DNA from: Actinobacteria bacterium UBA5976
Lineage (GTDB): Bacteria > Actinomycetota > Actinomycetes > S36-B12 > UBA5976
Direction: 5' to 3'
DNA: 27,979 nucleotides
Assembly: GCA_002430405.1 (NCBI GenBank)
Contig: DJBM01000032.1
Span: 861-28,839 of the forward strand
Below, piece after piece: positions 10,477-20,981 of this stretch. Under the pieces are notes generated by a model. The model saw only the letters and a list, made by a program, of their open reading frames with translations. It searched no databases and was not told the DNA's origin. How positions within the stretch are numbered: the first letter of the stretch is position 1; every line of letters begins with the position of its first letter. Position numbers and translations under genes: made by a program.

Positions 10477-12030
10477 GTGAGCGCATTGGCTCAATTTGGA
10501 TTTTCGCTGGCTACAACTTGGCGAAAAAATCTACAACTTCGCCTTGTTACCATCACAATTCTTATATCCACAACAGTTTTAAGCATCGTAGGAATACTTT
10601 TAGTAAATCAGGTCACGACTGGGTTATTGGAAACTAAACAGCAAAGTTCCATAGCCGAAGCCACAGCAGCAAGACTTGAAGTTCAACGTTTGCTCGATGC
10701 AGCAGATGCGGGATTGGTAGCTCCCAACAGCACCCGAATTGTAGATTCAGTGATTACCGCACTGGCGATTCGATCTGGCTCACCAGGACTCTATGATGCC
10801 TTATTTCTAAGTGACCCAGACTTAGTTGGGGCCCCAGAGCGTGGTACTGAATTAATCTCCCAAGCATCAATACCCGAGGCACTGCGTAGTGCAATCACCG
10901 AACGTGACAGGCAGGCGTGGGCATACGGAACTTTAGTTTACGAAGGTGGCGTAACTAAACCAGGGTTAATTGTCGGGTCTCCAGTGACAATCCCACGAGT
11001 AGGTGCCTATGAACTGTATTTACTCTTTCCTCTTGATAAAGAGCAAAAGACCATCGATTTGATTCGACGGGCTGTTTCCATAACTGGAATTATTCTGTTG
11101 ATAGGTTTAGCGATTCTTGCTTGGTTCGTAACTTCGCGTGTGACCGAACCAGTTCGCGAAGCCGCCCAAATTGCAGATCAAATTGCATCTGGCGATTTAG
11201 ACCAGCGAATGCAAGTGCGAGGCGAGGATGATATTGCTCGTCTTGCTGGCTCAGTCAATGAGATGGCAGCTAGTTTGCAGCGACAAATTGTTCGCCTTGA
11301 GACTCTTTCGCAATTGCAACAACAATTTGTCTCCGATGTATCTCACGAATTGCGCACACCATTAACTACGGTACGAATGGCAAGTGAAATGATTTACGAT
11401 GCCCGTGGTAATTTCGATCCAGACATGGCTCGCTCGGCAGAACTCCTGCGAAACCAAGTAGACCGATTCGATATTTTGCTAAGTGACTTGCTTGAGATGA
11501 GTAAAATTGATGCTGGCGCATCACCACTTATTTTTGGTGCGGTGGATTTAGCTAAATTGACAGAAACGCTTTTACAAGAGGCGAACCACATCGCGCGAGA
11601 GCACAGCACATCATTTAATTATTCAGGAACATCAAATGCCTTAGTGTTTGCCGACCATCGAAGGGTTTCGCGAATTATTCGAAACTTATTAGTAAATGCA
11701 GTTGAGCATTGTGAAGGTTCCACTATCGATGTTCAGGTCGCAACCAATGAATCCTGTGTATCAATTTCTGTTCGAGATCATGGTCAGGGAATTGCAGAAG
11801 CAGACATCCCTCGAGTTTTTGGTCGGTTTTGGCGAGCAGATCCAGCGCGGCCTCGCACCCTCGGCGGCACTGGTCTTGGCCTTTCTATTTCGGCGGAAGA
11901 CGCAGAACTTCATGGTGGCAAGATTGACGTTTGGGGTTTGCCCGGCAAAGGCGCACAATTCGTCTTATCGTTGCCAAAAACCCAAGAGGGTAAAATCACC
12001 CAAGTTGCAATTTTGGCAGGTGCGCCATGA
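10477..12030 (+). CDS. mtrB: Sensor histidine kinase MtrB
   Basis: Two TM segments, HAMP domain, H-box VSHELRTPLT, NLLVNA, DHGQG, GGTGLGL. Lies between mtrA and lpqB. Confidence 0.93.
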   Translation: MSALAQFGFSLATTWRKNLQLRLVTITILISTTVLSIVGILLVNQVTTGLLETKQQSSIAEATAARLEVQRLLDAADAGLVAPNSTRIVDSVITALAIRSGSPGLYDALFLSDPDLVGAPERGTELISQASIPEALRSAITERDRQAWAYGTLVYEGGVTKPGLIVGSPVTIPRVGAYELYLLFPLDKEQKTIDLIRRAVSITGIILLIGLAILAWFVTSRVTEPVREAAQIADQIASGDLDQRMQVRGEDDIARLAGSVNEMAASLQRQIVRLETLSQLQQQFVSDVSHELRTPLTTVRMASEMIYDARGNFDPDMARSAELLRNQVDRFDILLSDLLEMSKIDAGASPLIFGAVDLAKLTETLLQEANHIAREHSTSFNYSGTSNALVFADHRRVSRIIRNLLVNAVEHCEGSTIDVQVATNESCVSISVRDHGQGIAEADIPRVFGRFWRADPARPRTLGGTGLGLSISAEDAELHGGKIDVWGLPGKGAQFVLSLPKTQEGKITQVAILAGAP

Positions 12031-13724
12031 ACCTAAAAGTGAAGATGAGCATCCTCTTCTTGTCTTTGACACTCTCTGGTTGTGGTGGCATTCCAAAATC
12101 CAGCGAAGTATTTTTTGGTGAAGTTATATCCGATGACATAACTTCGCAATCTGTGCGAGTTATTGCTCGGCCACCAAGCGTTGGGATGTCGCCCGAAGCA
12201 ATTGTTCAGGGCTTCTTGGATGCCTGCGCTGATCCAGCGCAGGACTATGGCATTGCCCGACAATATCTAATGACAGATTCTGCAAGTTCTTGGAACCCAG
12301 AAGCAGGTATAGAAATTTATGATGCCAGCACCATGGAAATTTCAGGAGAGGCTCCAAATCTGGTAGCAATTGCAACAAAGCAGGGAAATATTTCAGATGC
12401 CGGAAAATACACGAGTTCTGACCCTGGCGACCAAACTTCCAGCGATTTCGAATTAGTGCAGGACGATTTGGGGGAATGGCGAATTTCCAAACTAAAAAAT
12501 GGCATTTTGCTTACCAGCGGCGACGTCGATAGATCTTTTAGAAGTTTTCCAATCTACTTTTTTGACACTTCATTAACATCTTTAGTTTCGGATTCAATTT
12601 TGGTTCCAGTAAGTAGATCTGGAGCAGCAACTTCATTGGTGCGATCATTACTTGCTGGCCCATCTCCTTATTTATCACCTGTGGCCGTTACAGCATTTCC
12701 TGTTGGTACCACGCTTACGTATGGGTCAGTTCCTATTGTTGATGGCGTGGCACAAGTTGATTTATCCAAAGAGATTTTGGGAGCAGATGAAGCGACCAGG
12801 CGCGCGCTATCAGCTCAGTTAGTTTGGACACTCAGCGTGTTACCAAACGTTTCTGGCGTGGAAATCTCCGTCTCAGCGCAGCCCTTCGTTTTAGCAAATG
12901 TGGGAGACATCCAAAATGTGTCCGATTGGTCGATATTCTCCCCGCTACCGGATGCGCAAACGCGTACCCTAAATGTAATTCGTCGAGAAAACTTGGTTGT
13001 CGTTGGTGATGACTCAGAAGTGGTTCGGGCTGTTGCGCCGACTTCTTTGCTGTATGGCTCAGCAAGTCCAAGTGGTTCAAAAATTGCTGCAGTCACTTCC
13101 GATCTGAAGTCATTGCTGATAGCACAATTTGATTCACCTACATTCACGTTGTTAGCCCAAGGCGACGAGATTTCCCGGCCTTCTTGGGATAATTCGGGTC
13201 GAATATTTTTTGCAGAATTCGGGCAAGGCGTCACAGAAATATCCGAAGACGGAACTCTCAGAATTGTCAGGGCAGATGAGTCTTCGTCAGGAACGACCAC
13301 CCAAATAAAGCAAATAGAAGTCGCTGCTGACGGGGTAAGGGTGGCTGTTGTGTTCTCGAATGGAGTTGTTGATGAGCTTGCAATTGGAGCGATTTCTCGA
13401 ACAGATACTACAACCAGAATTATCGGACTTCATAGAATTGAGCGGTCAATTACACAAGTTCGAGATATTGTCTGGAGCACACCTACCTCGATCGCTGCAC
13501 TTGCCTCAGATCCTCTCGGTGGTGAACTACTTTTTGATATTTCGCTTAATGACGGAAAAGTAAGCACTCGGAGTTCGCCAGTTGGTTCCATAACGCTTGC
13601 AGTCGATGGCTCGGGCAAGATTTTTGTCGCTGTAGTAGATGGTGCAAAGCAAGTGATTTACCAACAGAACGGATCCTCTTGGATTGAAATCACGCAGGGA
13701 ACTGGAGCATTTTTTACCCGCTAG
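12027..13724 (+). CDS. lpqB: Lipoprotein LpqB (GerMN domain plus beta-propeller)
   Basis: Lipobox LSGC, IVQGFL, LLAGPSPYL, AQLVWTL, DGVRVA. Third gene of the mtrAB-lpqB operon. Confidence 0.9.
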   Translation: MNLKVKMSILFLSLTLSGCGGIPKSSEVFFGEVISDDITSQSVRVIARPPSVGMSPEAIVQGFLDACADPAQDYGIARQYLMTDSASSWNPEAGIEIYDASTMEISGEAPNLVAIATKQGNISDAGKYTSSDPGDQTSSDFELVQDDLGEWRISKLKNGILLTSGDVDRSFRSFPIYFFDTSLTSLVSDSILVPVSRSGAATSLVRSLLAGPSPYLSPVAVTAFPVGTTLTYGSVPIVDGVAQVDLSKEILGADEATRRALSAQLVWTLSVLPNVSGVEISVSAQPFVLANVGDIQNVSDWSIFSPLPDAQTRTLNVIRRENLVVVGDDSEVVRAVAPTSLLYGSASPSGSKIAAVTSDLKSLLIAQFDSPTFTLLAQGDEISRPSWDNSGRIFFAEFGQGVTEISEDGTLRIVRADESSSGTTTQIKQIEVAADGVRVAVVFSNGVVDELAIGAISRTDTTTRIIGLHRIERSITQVRDIVWSTPTSIAALASDPLGGELLFDISLNDGKVSTRSSPVGSITLAVDGSGKIFVAVVDGAKQVIYQQNGSSWIEITQGTGAFFTR

Positions 13725-13798
13725 GTTCACAGCTGCAAGCAGTCCACACAGCCTAGAAATAAATTGCAATCAAATTAAAAAATTACCAAGATTTTTAG

Positions 13799-14419
13799 GT
13801 GTCAATCTTTGGCGAACTTTTGTTTACACCGCAATGTATTTCTTGTGCGCGGTTAGGCAAAGCATTGTGTCTTGCATGCCTTGGGTCACTAAAACCATTT
13901 TCCACTCAGCGGTTTTTGGGAATATCCCGTACTTATTGCGCTGGAGAGTATTCAGGTTGGTTGCGGGAAACTCTAATAACTTACAAAAACGGCAACGTGA
14001 GCGTCGCACCCGCGCTGGCACAAATCCTGCTACAAACTTTGGAAACCTGGCTGGTCAATGTTCCATTGCAAATTATTCCGATACCGAGTTCAAGAGCGAA
14101 GAATCACTTGCGAGGGTATGACTCGATATCAAAGTTGTGCGCCGAAATGTTGCAGCAGAAAAGAGACCTACAGGTTACCCAGGGTGCACTCTATTTGGGA
14201 CGTGAAGTTCGGGATCAAGTTGGCTTAGATGCTCGCCAACGGCAGGCAAACCTTTCTGGCGCATTTACTGCGAGGCACAGATTAAGTGGCACCGTAGTGC
14301 TAGTAGACGACGTAACTACGACTGGCGCCACACTTACTAACGCTGCCAAAGCCCTTCGAATTGCAGGAGCGCAATCCATTTTTGCCATCGCTTTGTGTGG
14401 TTCACCAGATAACAGGTAA
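13799..14419 (+). CDS. comF: ComF family phosphoribosyltransferase-like protein
   Basis: CxxC...CxxC zinc ribbon, PIPSS...RGYD, RQANLSGAF, LVDDVTTTGAT. Usual position after lpqB. Confidence 0.9.
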   Translation: MSIFGELLFTPQCISCARLGKALCLACLGSLKPFSTQRFLGISRTYCAGEYSGWLRETLITYKNGNVSVAPALAQILLQTLETWLVNVPLQIIPIPSSRAKNHLRGYDSISKLCAEMLQQKRDLQVTQGALYLGREVRDQVGLDARQRQANLSGAFTARHRLSGTVVLVDDVTTTGATLTNAAKALRIAGAQSIFAIALCGSPDNR

Positions 14420-14422
14420 TCT
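14417..14422 (+). promoter_or_regulatory. Predicted -10 element TAATCT for the raiA-motif RNA (TSS about 14429)
   Basis: TANNNT hexamer 6 nt upstream of A14429, the base just before the closing stem. Same spacing as at many gene starts in this window. Confidence 0.55.
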
Positions 14423-14429
14423 TCAACTA

Positions 14430-14693
14430 TGGCGCCCACCCGGGTCCGTGATTGCATAGCAAAGTGAGTGCTTCGAAGTTGTTTTGCTATAAGCCGATGC
14501 CAGCCGCAGGCTAAGCGGTCCACGTAAGACGACTTTTGGTCGTTGAGCACGGTGCGGTTTAGAAGTAAGACCTGCCTGTACTTTGATCCAGATGGTCAAA
14601 ATCTACAGCGAGGGTTAGTAGTAGCGATTGACGCTGCAAAAGCTCCAGCAGGCGAATGTGGGGTCGAAAATCAGGTCGGACGGGTGGGTGTCA
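14430..14693 (+). ncRNA. raiA-motif non-coding RNA
   Basis: Conserved blocks recognised from recalled family members: AAGCCGATGCCAGCCGCAGGC, GGTCCACGTAAG, TGAGCACGGTGCGGTTTAGAAGTAAGACCTGCC, CCAGCAGGCGAATGTGGGGTC. Closing stem TGGCGCCCACCCG (14430-14442) pairs with CGGGTGGGTGTCA (14681-14693), with G-U pairs. It lies directly downstream of comF, the known context. No covariance model was run. Confidence 0.9.
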
Positions 14694-14788
14694 CTTCTTT
14701 GCAAAACCGATAACTCGTGACCGATGCAATCACATTTAGTGTGCCCGCTATGTTTAAAGTAACTTCCAAATAGAGCAAGGTGTGAGTT

Positions 14789-15988
14789 TTGAGCGAAAAA
14801 CAAATACTTGAAAAACAAGATTTTATTTTCAAGGCAATGCCGCTATTTTTCGTTGCAATGACGCTTCGACCGTTAACCACTTCCGTCGGACCAGTGTTAC
14901 CGGAAATCCGGGAAGATTTTGGTTTGAGCGCAACTGCCGGCTCGCTACTTAGCACTTTGCCAATTTTGATGTTTGGTCTTGGCGCGCTGTTAGTTCCACG
15001 ATTACTTCACAGAGTGAGTCCGAATAAAGCCGTCACCCTGAGTTTGCTGGCTTTAGCAATTGGTGGGAATTTGCGTTTACTACCTTTTGTTGTGGTGCTA
15101 TATCTGGGAACCATCATTATCGGTTTAGGAGTAGCCGTTGGAAACATAGTTCCATCGTTAATTACCCGCCGCGACTTTCCAACTCGGATAGGTGGAGTCA
15201 TGGGAATGGTTGCGGGTGCCATTTCTTTCTCCGCAGCTGTTGCTGCGTTAATAACATATCCCTTGGCTACACAGCTTGGTTCTTGGCGCGAAGCACTAGC
15301 CGTGTGGGCAATTCTGCCTTTGCTTGTTTTTATCATTTGGCAGCTATATCGAAACCCAAATACTAAAGATGAACCATTATCGACACCGCACAATATGAAA
15401 GCGTTACTTCGTAACCCACTTGCTTGGAGCCTGACTTTTTATTTTGGATTTCAATCTATAAATTTTCATTCCATGAATACCTGGCTGCCGACTATTCTGC
15501 GCGAAGCAGGAACTGATCCAGTAACCGCTGGTAACCAACTCGCATTACTAGTTTTGATCGGTCTACCAACTGGTTTGTTCGTACCTCCAATGGCGGCAAG
15601 ATTCACTTCGCAAGTTGGATTATGTGTTGGATTCGTTGCCATTTTTGCAGTTGGACTTGTAGGGATTTATAGCTTTGCAATTTATGGATTGTGGCCAGCT
15701 GCAACTTGGCTTTGGGTATTTCTCTTAGGAGTCGGCTTAGGATCCTCATTTCCATTGGCCTTAACTTTGGTTTTACTGCGTTCCGGAAGTCCGGAAACAT
15801 CCCGAGATTTGGGATCCTTCATGCAAGGTGGCGGCTACATAATTTCTGCAACCGGTCCATTAACGATGGGATATCTTCGCGACGTCACAAATTCTTGGTC
15901 AGCTGCATTAATTGCACTTGGGGTTGCGCTATTAATACAGTTAATTTCTGGCGTGATAGTTTCTCGGCCAGTGAGCATTCACGAATAG
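14789..15988 (+). CDS. MFS transporter, CynX/YeaN-like
   Basis: LRPLTTSVGPVLPEIREDFGLS, about 12 hydrophobic segments, WLPTIL, QGGGY.I.A.GP. The TTG start is uncertain. Confidence 0.8.
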   Translation: MSEKQILEKQDFIFKAMPLFFVAMTLRPLTTSVGPVLPEIREDFGLSATAGSLLSTLPILMFGLGALLVPRLLHRVSPNKAVTLSLLALAIGGNLRLLPFVVVLYLGTIIIGLGVAVGNIVPSLITRRDFPTRIGGVMGMVAGAISFSAAVAALITYPLATQLGSWREALAVWAILPLLVFIIWQLYRNPNTKDEPLSTPHNMKALLRNPLAWSLTFYFGFQSINFHSMNTWLPTILREAGTDPVTAGNQLALLVLIGLPTGLFVPPMAARFTSQVGLCVGFVAIFAVGLVGIYSFAIYGLWPAATWLWVFLLGVGLGSSFPLALTLVLLRSGSPETSRDLGSFMQGGGYIISATGPLTMGYLRDVTNSWSAALIALGVALLIQLISGVIVSRPVSIHE

Positions 15989-16056
15989 TTCTCTGCTTCA
16001 CTTTTGGCACGATTTTCTATAACTAAGTTTTGTAATTAAAGAGGTACTATCCCAAT

Positions 16057-16572
16057 ATGGCAAAAGAACAAAAATATGAAGTCGTTGCTAATTTTGCTGG
16101 GTTTGAACTCAGAAATTATGACGAATGTGTACTTGCTGATGTAAAAGTCAGGGCAGATTTTGAAAAAGCGGGTAGCGCTGGATTTGGAACATTAGTTGGA
16201 TACATTGGTGGCCAAAATCAACCGAACACAAAAATCGCGATGACGGCGCCGGTAATTCAAGAACCAACTGCTGATGAGCACATTGTGAGTTTTGTGATGC
16301 CAAGTGAAATTGATAAACACTCGGCGCCTAAACCAACCAATAGTCGAGTGTCACTTCGGTTCATGCCACAAGAGTTAGTTGCAGTAGATCGATTCACCGG
16401 TCGTTGGACAAGCGCAAGTTACCAGGAACGTGTCTCAAAATTGTTAATCGCAATTGCCGCCGCTGGCTATCGAGCCGCTGGCAATGCTAGATTTGCGCGA
16501 TTTGATCCACCTTGGACCCCTTGGTTTATTCGCAGAAATGAAATCCATATCCCTGTTGCCCCATTGGCGTGA
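16057..16572 (+). CDS. SOUL family heme-binding protein
   Basis: FELRNY, LVGYIGGQN, KIAMTAPV, SFVMP, ARFDPPWTPWFIRRNEI. Confidence 0.88.
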   Translation: MAKEQKYEVVANFAGFELRNYDECVLADVKVRADFEKAGSAGFGTLVGYIGGQNQPNTKIAMTAPVIQEPTADEHIVSFVMPSEIDKHSAPKPTNSRVSLRFMPQELVAVDRFTGRWTSASYQERVSKLLIAIAAAGYRAAGNARFARFDPPWTPWFIRRNEIHIPVAPLA

Positions 16573-16613
16573 TGTACTTTCGCATAATGTTTGTTCACCT
16601 GAAACAATGAAGT

Positions 16614-18677
16614 GTGCCTAATCGCCTGATTGATTCAACTTCGCCCTATTTGTTGCAGCATGCTGAAAATCCAGTTGACTGGTTTCCATGGGGCGAGCAG
16701 GCGTTTGAACTAGCAAAAGCTCGGGATGTACCAATTTTTCTCAGCGTTGGTTATAGCGCTTGTCACTGGTGTCATGTTATGGCACATGAAAGTTTTGAAA
16801 ACCCAGATGTAGCTGCCTTGATGAATGAAAACTTTGTAAACATCAAAGTTGATCGTGAAGAACTTCCTGCTGTTGATTCGCTGTACATGGAGGCAACGCA
16901 GGCGATGACAGGACATGGCGGTTGGCCCATGTCCGTTTGGTTAGATCATGATCGCCGCCCATGGTACGCCGGAACATATTTTCCGTCTCGTCCCTCACAT
17001 GGCATGCCATCGTTTTCCCAAGTTCTGTTAGCACTAACTGATACTTGGCATAAAGAACGTGATCGAGTTGGTGATTCAGCGTCACGAATAATGGAGCACT
17101 TGGGTTCACGAAATGAGTTGCTTGGTGATGCAACATCTGATTTCACTCGGAAAGACATTGAACTGGCATTGCAAAGTGCCATTGATTCTCTTTCGTCCTC
17201 CTTTGATCCAATTCATGGCGGCTTTGGCCAGGCGCCAAAATTCCCACCCGCTCTCGTTTTGGAGTTTTTGATTCGAAGCCAGTCACTTCAGATTCTTGGG
17301 TTGCAAGATATTGACCCTCGCGTCATGGAGATGTTAGAAAAAACCTGCGATGAAATGGCGCGTGGGGGAATGTACGACCAACTCGGTGGTGGCTTTGCCC
17401 GATACAGTGTCGATGCAACTTGGACTGTGCCGCATTTTGAAAAAATGTTATATGACAATGCCCAACTACTTTCTGTTTACGCCCATTTGTATCGATTAAC
17501 GGGAAGTGAGTTAGCACTTCGAGTAACCACTGAAACAGCTGAATTTTTACTACGAGAAATGCGAACGCCAGAAGGTGGGTTTGCTGCCGCACTTGATGCC
17601 GACAGCATTGAGGAAAGTTCCGGTCATTCCCACGAAGGAGCGTTCTATGCCTGGACGCCAGATCAACTCATAGCCGCACTTGGAATTACGGATGGAACTT
17701 GGGTAAGTCAACTTTGTAACGTGAGCGAGCAAGGCACTTTTGAGGACGGTAAATCAGTCTTAACTTTGCATAGTGATCCAGATGACTGGCCGCGTTGGCT
17801 TACGATTCGAGAAAAGCTTCTGGAAATTCGAAATAGCCGTCCGCGACCAGGTCGCGATGACAAAGTCGTAGCCAGTTGGAATGGCCTTGCAATTCGCGCA
17901 TTGGTTGATGCTGGAAGTATCTGTGATCGCCAAGAATGGATAGCGGCGGCAACCCAAGCGGCGCATTTGTTAGCCCAAACACATCTTGGCGCTCATCCGT
18001 CTCATCCAAATCGGTTAGTTCGAGTATCTCGAGATGCAAAACCTGGCCTACATGCACTTGGCATCCTAGAAGATCAAGCATTGGTTGCCAGCGGATTCTT
18101 ATCACTTGCGCAAGTTCATGGAGATGATTCTTGGCGAAACTTAGCCGGTTTATTGCTAGAAGATATTCAAGCTCATTTTCAACAGGGAAATGGTTTAGCT
18201 GACACTGCTGATGATGTACCACCTGTTGCGAACGAAGTAACCACAAGGCAAGTTGATCCAACCGATAACGTGACACCATCTGGTTGGGCAGCCACACTTG
18301 ATGCAGCCATTACTTATTCAGCGCTTTCTAACGACCAACAACTTCGGGAATGGGCAGAGCGTTTAATGCCTGCGTTAATTCCGCTTGTTAGTACTCATAC
18401 TCGCTTTGCAGGTTGGAGTGGATCAGTACTTGCAATGTGGCTAGATGGTCCGCGTGAAGTTGCATTGGCAGCTTCGGCTGATTCTGATTTCAAAAAACTA
18501 GTTGTACTTGGCACATCGCCCGGCTTAGTTTATGCCTGGAATCATGATCAGCCATTGTTGCAAGGTCGAGCCAAACAAAATGAAGCAGATACTGCGTTTG
18601 TTTGTCGGGGATTTGTCTGCCAAGCACCAATAACAAGTGCCGAAGAATTTAAAAAAGCAATTGGCTGGAAAACCTAA
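16614..18677 (+). CDS. Thioredoxin domain-containing protein, YyaL/SPATA20 family (Rv1084-like)
   Basis: NRL...[64 protein letters not shown]-terminal AFVCRGFVC. Confidence 0.9.
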   Translation: MPNRLIDSTSPYLLQHAENPVDWFPWGEQAFELAKARDVPIFLSVGYSACHWCHVMAHESFENPDVAALMNENFVNIKVDREELPAVDSLYMEATQAMTGHGGWPMSVWLDHDRRPWYAGTYFPSRPSHGMPSFSQVLLALTDTWHKERDRVGDSASRIMEHLGSRNELLGDATSDFTRKDIELALQSAIDSLSSSFDPIHGGFGQAPKFPPALVLEFLIRSQSLQILGLQDIDPRVMEMLEKTCDEMARGGMYDQLGGGFARYSVDATWTVPHFEKMLYDNAQLLSVYAHLYRLTGSELALRVTTETAEFLLREMRTPEGGFAAALDADSIEESSGHSHEGAFYAWTPDQLIAALGITDGTWVSQLCNVSEQGTFEDGKSVLTLHSDPDDWPRWLTIREKLLEIRNSRPRPGRDDKVVASWNGLAIRALVDAGSICDRQEWIAAATQAAHLLAQTHLGAHPSHPNRLVRVSRDAKPGLHALGILEDQALVASGFLSLAQVHGDDSWRNLAGLLLEDIQAHFQQGNGLADTADDVPPVANEVTTRQVDPTDNVTPSGWAATLDAAITYSALSNDQQLREWAERLMPALIPLVSTHTRFAGWSGSVLAMWLDGPREVALAASADSDFKKLVVLGTSPGLVYAWNHDQPLLQGRAKQNEADTAFVCRGFVCQAPITSAEEFKKAIGWKT

Positions 18678-19450
18678 ATTCCAAATCTGCGATTTCGCGC
18701 TGCATACGAACGTACTGCCCGCAAGAAGTCGATTTTACGAAAATTAGGCCAATAAGCTTCACAAAAATAAAACTCTGAATGCGCGCTTTGCCACAGCAAG
18801 AAACCACTAAGTCTTTGCTCACCGGAAGTTCGAATTACTAGATCTGGATCAGGCTGACCCTTTGTATATAAATGTGACGCGATGTGCTCAATGGTTATCG
18901 CCGAGGCCAGCTCATCAAGAGTTTTTCCGGCAGCAGATTGCTCCTGCAGTAGGGATCGAACTGCGTCGACAACTTCTTGTCGTCCGCCATAGCCAACCGC
19001 TACGTTGACTAAAAGTCCTTTAACCTTCTGGGTTTGAGTCAGCGCTTTAGTTAATGCAATTTTTGTTCGTTCTGGCAATGCCTCCATTGCACCCACTGGA
19101 TGGATTTGCCAGCGATTAGTTTGTGCGAGTGATGCCACCGTTTCTTCAATAATTTCTAATAAGGCATCAAGTTCATCAGGATCGCGGGCAAGATTGTCGG
19201 TTGAAAGTAACCAAAGCGTGACAACTTCAACGCCTAACTCTTCACACCACCCCAAAAATTCAGCTATCTTTTCGCCACCAGCGCGATGCCCAAACGCACT
19301 TGTAGAGCCCATTTCGGCAGCCCAACGTCGGTTGCCATCGAGAATTACGCCAACATGTGCGGGAAGCTGATCACTTGGCAGATTTGAAGTTAGGCGGTGA
19401 CCATAAAGGTCATATGCAACCTCACCAAGTAAAGTGCGCATTTTTCCCAT
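18674..19450 (-). CDS. uppS: Isoprenyl transferase (cis-prenyltransferase, Rv1086-like short-chain type)
   Basis: [54 protein letters not shown]. Start set at ATG 19450 (TAATCT 7 nt upstream); ATG 19441 is the alternative. Confidence 0.9.
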   Translation of the reverse strand: MGKMRTLLGEVAYDLYGHRLTSNLPSDQLPAHVGVILDGNRRWAAEMGSTSAFGHRAGGEKIAEFLGWCEELGVEVVTLWLLSTDNLARDPDELDALLEIIEETVASLAQTNRWQIHPVGAMEALPERTKIALTKALTQTQKVKGLLVNVAVGYGGRQEVVDAVRSLLQEQSAAGKTLDELASAITIEHIASHLYTKGQPDPDLVIRTSGEQRLSGFLLWQSAHSEFYFCEAYWPNFRKIDFLRAVRSYAARNRRFGI

Positions 19451-19633
19451 GCGCCCCAGATTAGTAGGTCTTATTGAAACGTTCCACACACCTGCTGTTA
19501 TTTTGTAGTTTATCTAGGTGTCATGTGGATTGCGGCGTGGCTGACGCTGGCAAAAGTATCCAAGGAATACGGTCAAGAGTATCGGGCAAGTCCGATCCTT
19601 CCCACGGATAAATCTGAAAATGTGGGTAATCGT

Positions 19634-20941
19634 ATGACTGAATCGAACACTCAAAGGCGCACTTACGTACTTGATACAAGTGTTTTGTTATCAGATCCGA
19701 GTGCATTGTTTCGATTCGATGAACATGAGGTTGTGATTCCAATTGTTGTGATCACAGAATTAGAATCCAAGCGCACCCACCCAGAACTTGGATACTTTGC
19801 TCGATCTGCATTACGAAGTCTTGATGATTTGCGAATTAAACATGGTCGACTAGACGCGCCATTGCCTATCGGCGAACATGGTGGACTACTTCGAGTAGAA
19901 CTCAATCACACCAACTCAGATATCCTGCCCGCTGGATTTCGCCTTGGTGACAATGACACCCGAATTTTAGCTATCGCGCGCAATCTTGCCGAAGAAGGTT
20001 GCGATGTTGTTTTAGTGAGTAAAGATTTGCCACTTCGAGTCAAAGCTTCTGCTGTGGGTTTAGAGGCAGAAGAATATCGCGCAGAAACCGTGCCTTCCAG
20101 CGGTTGGACTGGAATGACAGAAGTAGTTGTGACTGGCGCCGAAATTGACGATCTTTACGCCGAAGAAATTATTGATCACGAGAGTGCGCGAGAACAACCC
20201 TGCCACACCGGCGTGGTACTTTCCAGCGACCGGGGTAGTGCACTGGCTCGTGTGACCCCAGATAAAAGATTGCAGTTAGTTCGCGGTGATCGCGAAGCAT
20301 TTGGTCTACATGGTCGAAGTGCGGAGCAGCGAATTGCCCTTGACGTTTTACTGGATCCAGAAATTGGAATAGTTTCTCTTGGTGGCAGAGCTGGCACTGG
20401 CAAAAGCGCGTTAGCGCTGTGCGCTGGCTTGGAAGCAGTAATGGAACGTAGACAACATCGTAAAGTTGTCATTTTCCGACCACTATATGCAGTCGGTGGT
20501 CAGGAATTGGGTTACCTGCCTGGTAGTGAAAACGAAAAAATGTCACCCTGGGCGCAGGCAGTTTTTGACACCCTTTCCGCATTAACCTCTGCTGATGTAA
20601 TTGATGAAATTTTAGAGCGGGGAATGCTTGAAGTCTTACCGCTAACCCACATTCGTGGCAGGTCTCTTCATGACACTTTTGTAATCGTGGATGAAGCACA
20701 ATCCCTTGAGCGAAATGTTTTACTTACCGTCCTTTCGCGCATTGGCAAAGACAGCCGAGTTGTTTTAACACATGATGTAGCCCAGCGTGACAACTTGCGG
20801 GTAGGTCGACATGACGGAGTGGTTGCAGTTGTCGAAAAATTAAAGGGACATCCACTATTTGCGCACGTTACTTTAACGCGCTCAGAACGATCTCCAATTG
20901 CAGCCTTAGTAACAGAAATGCTAGAAGACTTACCTGCCTAA
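19634..20941 (+). CDS. phoH2: PhoH2: PIN RNase domain fused to PhoH ATPase/helicase
   Basis: [23 protein letters not shown], Walker [30 protein letters not shown] 19634 preferred because the in-frame 37-aa extension from 19523 shows no PIN similarity. Confidence 0.92.
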   Translation: MTESNTQRRTYVLDTSVLLSDPSALFRFDEHEVVIPIVVITELESKRTHPELGYFARSALRSLDDLRIKHGRLDAPLPIGEHGGLLRVELNHTNSDILPAGFRLGDNDTRILAIARNLAEEGCDVVLVSKDLPLRVKASAVGLEAEEYRAETVPSSGWTGMTEVVVTGAEIDDLYAEEIIDHESAREQPCHTGVVLSSDRGSALARVTPDKRLQLVRGDREAFGLHGRSAEQRIALDVLLDPEIGIVSLGGRAGTGKSALALCAGLEAVMERRQHRKVVIFRPLYAVGGQELGYLPGSENEKMSPWAQAVFDTLSALTSADVIDEILERGMLEVLPLTHIRGRSLHDTFVIVDEAQSLERNVLLTVLSRIGKDSRVVLTHDVAQRDNLRVGRHDGVVAVVEKLKGHPLFAHVTLTRSERSPIAALVTEMLEDLPA

Positions 20942-20981
20942 CGGATGATCTTTAATTGGTTTTCCTGAGATAGCTTACGGG

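Noticed and set aside
13725-13798. DnaA-box-like CAGTCCACA next to an AT-rich stretch upstream of comF
   Set aside because: Single copy with two mismatches to TTATCCACA, no cluster, and no dnaA/dnaN context.
14215-14818. Short minus-strand ORFs (111 aa and 67 aa) over the comF-MFS gap
   Set aside because: No family features. The region is better explained by the raiA-motif RNA on the plus strand.
19523-19633. In-frame 37-aa extension or small antitoxin-like peptide before PhoH2
   Set aside because: No stop separates it from phoH2, it has no recognisable similarity, and it lacks a ribosome site or correctly spaced -10.
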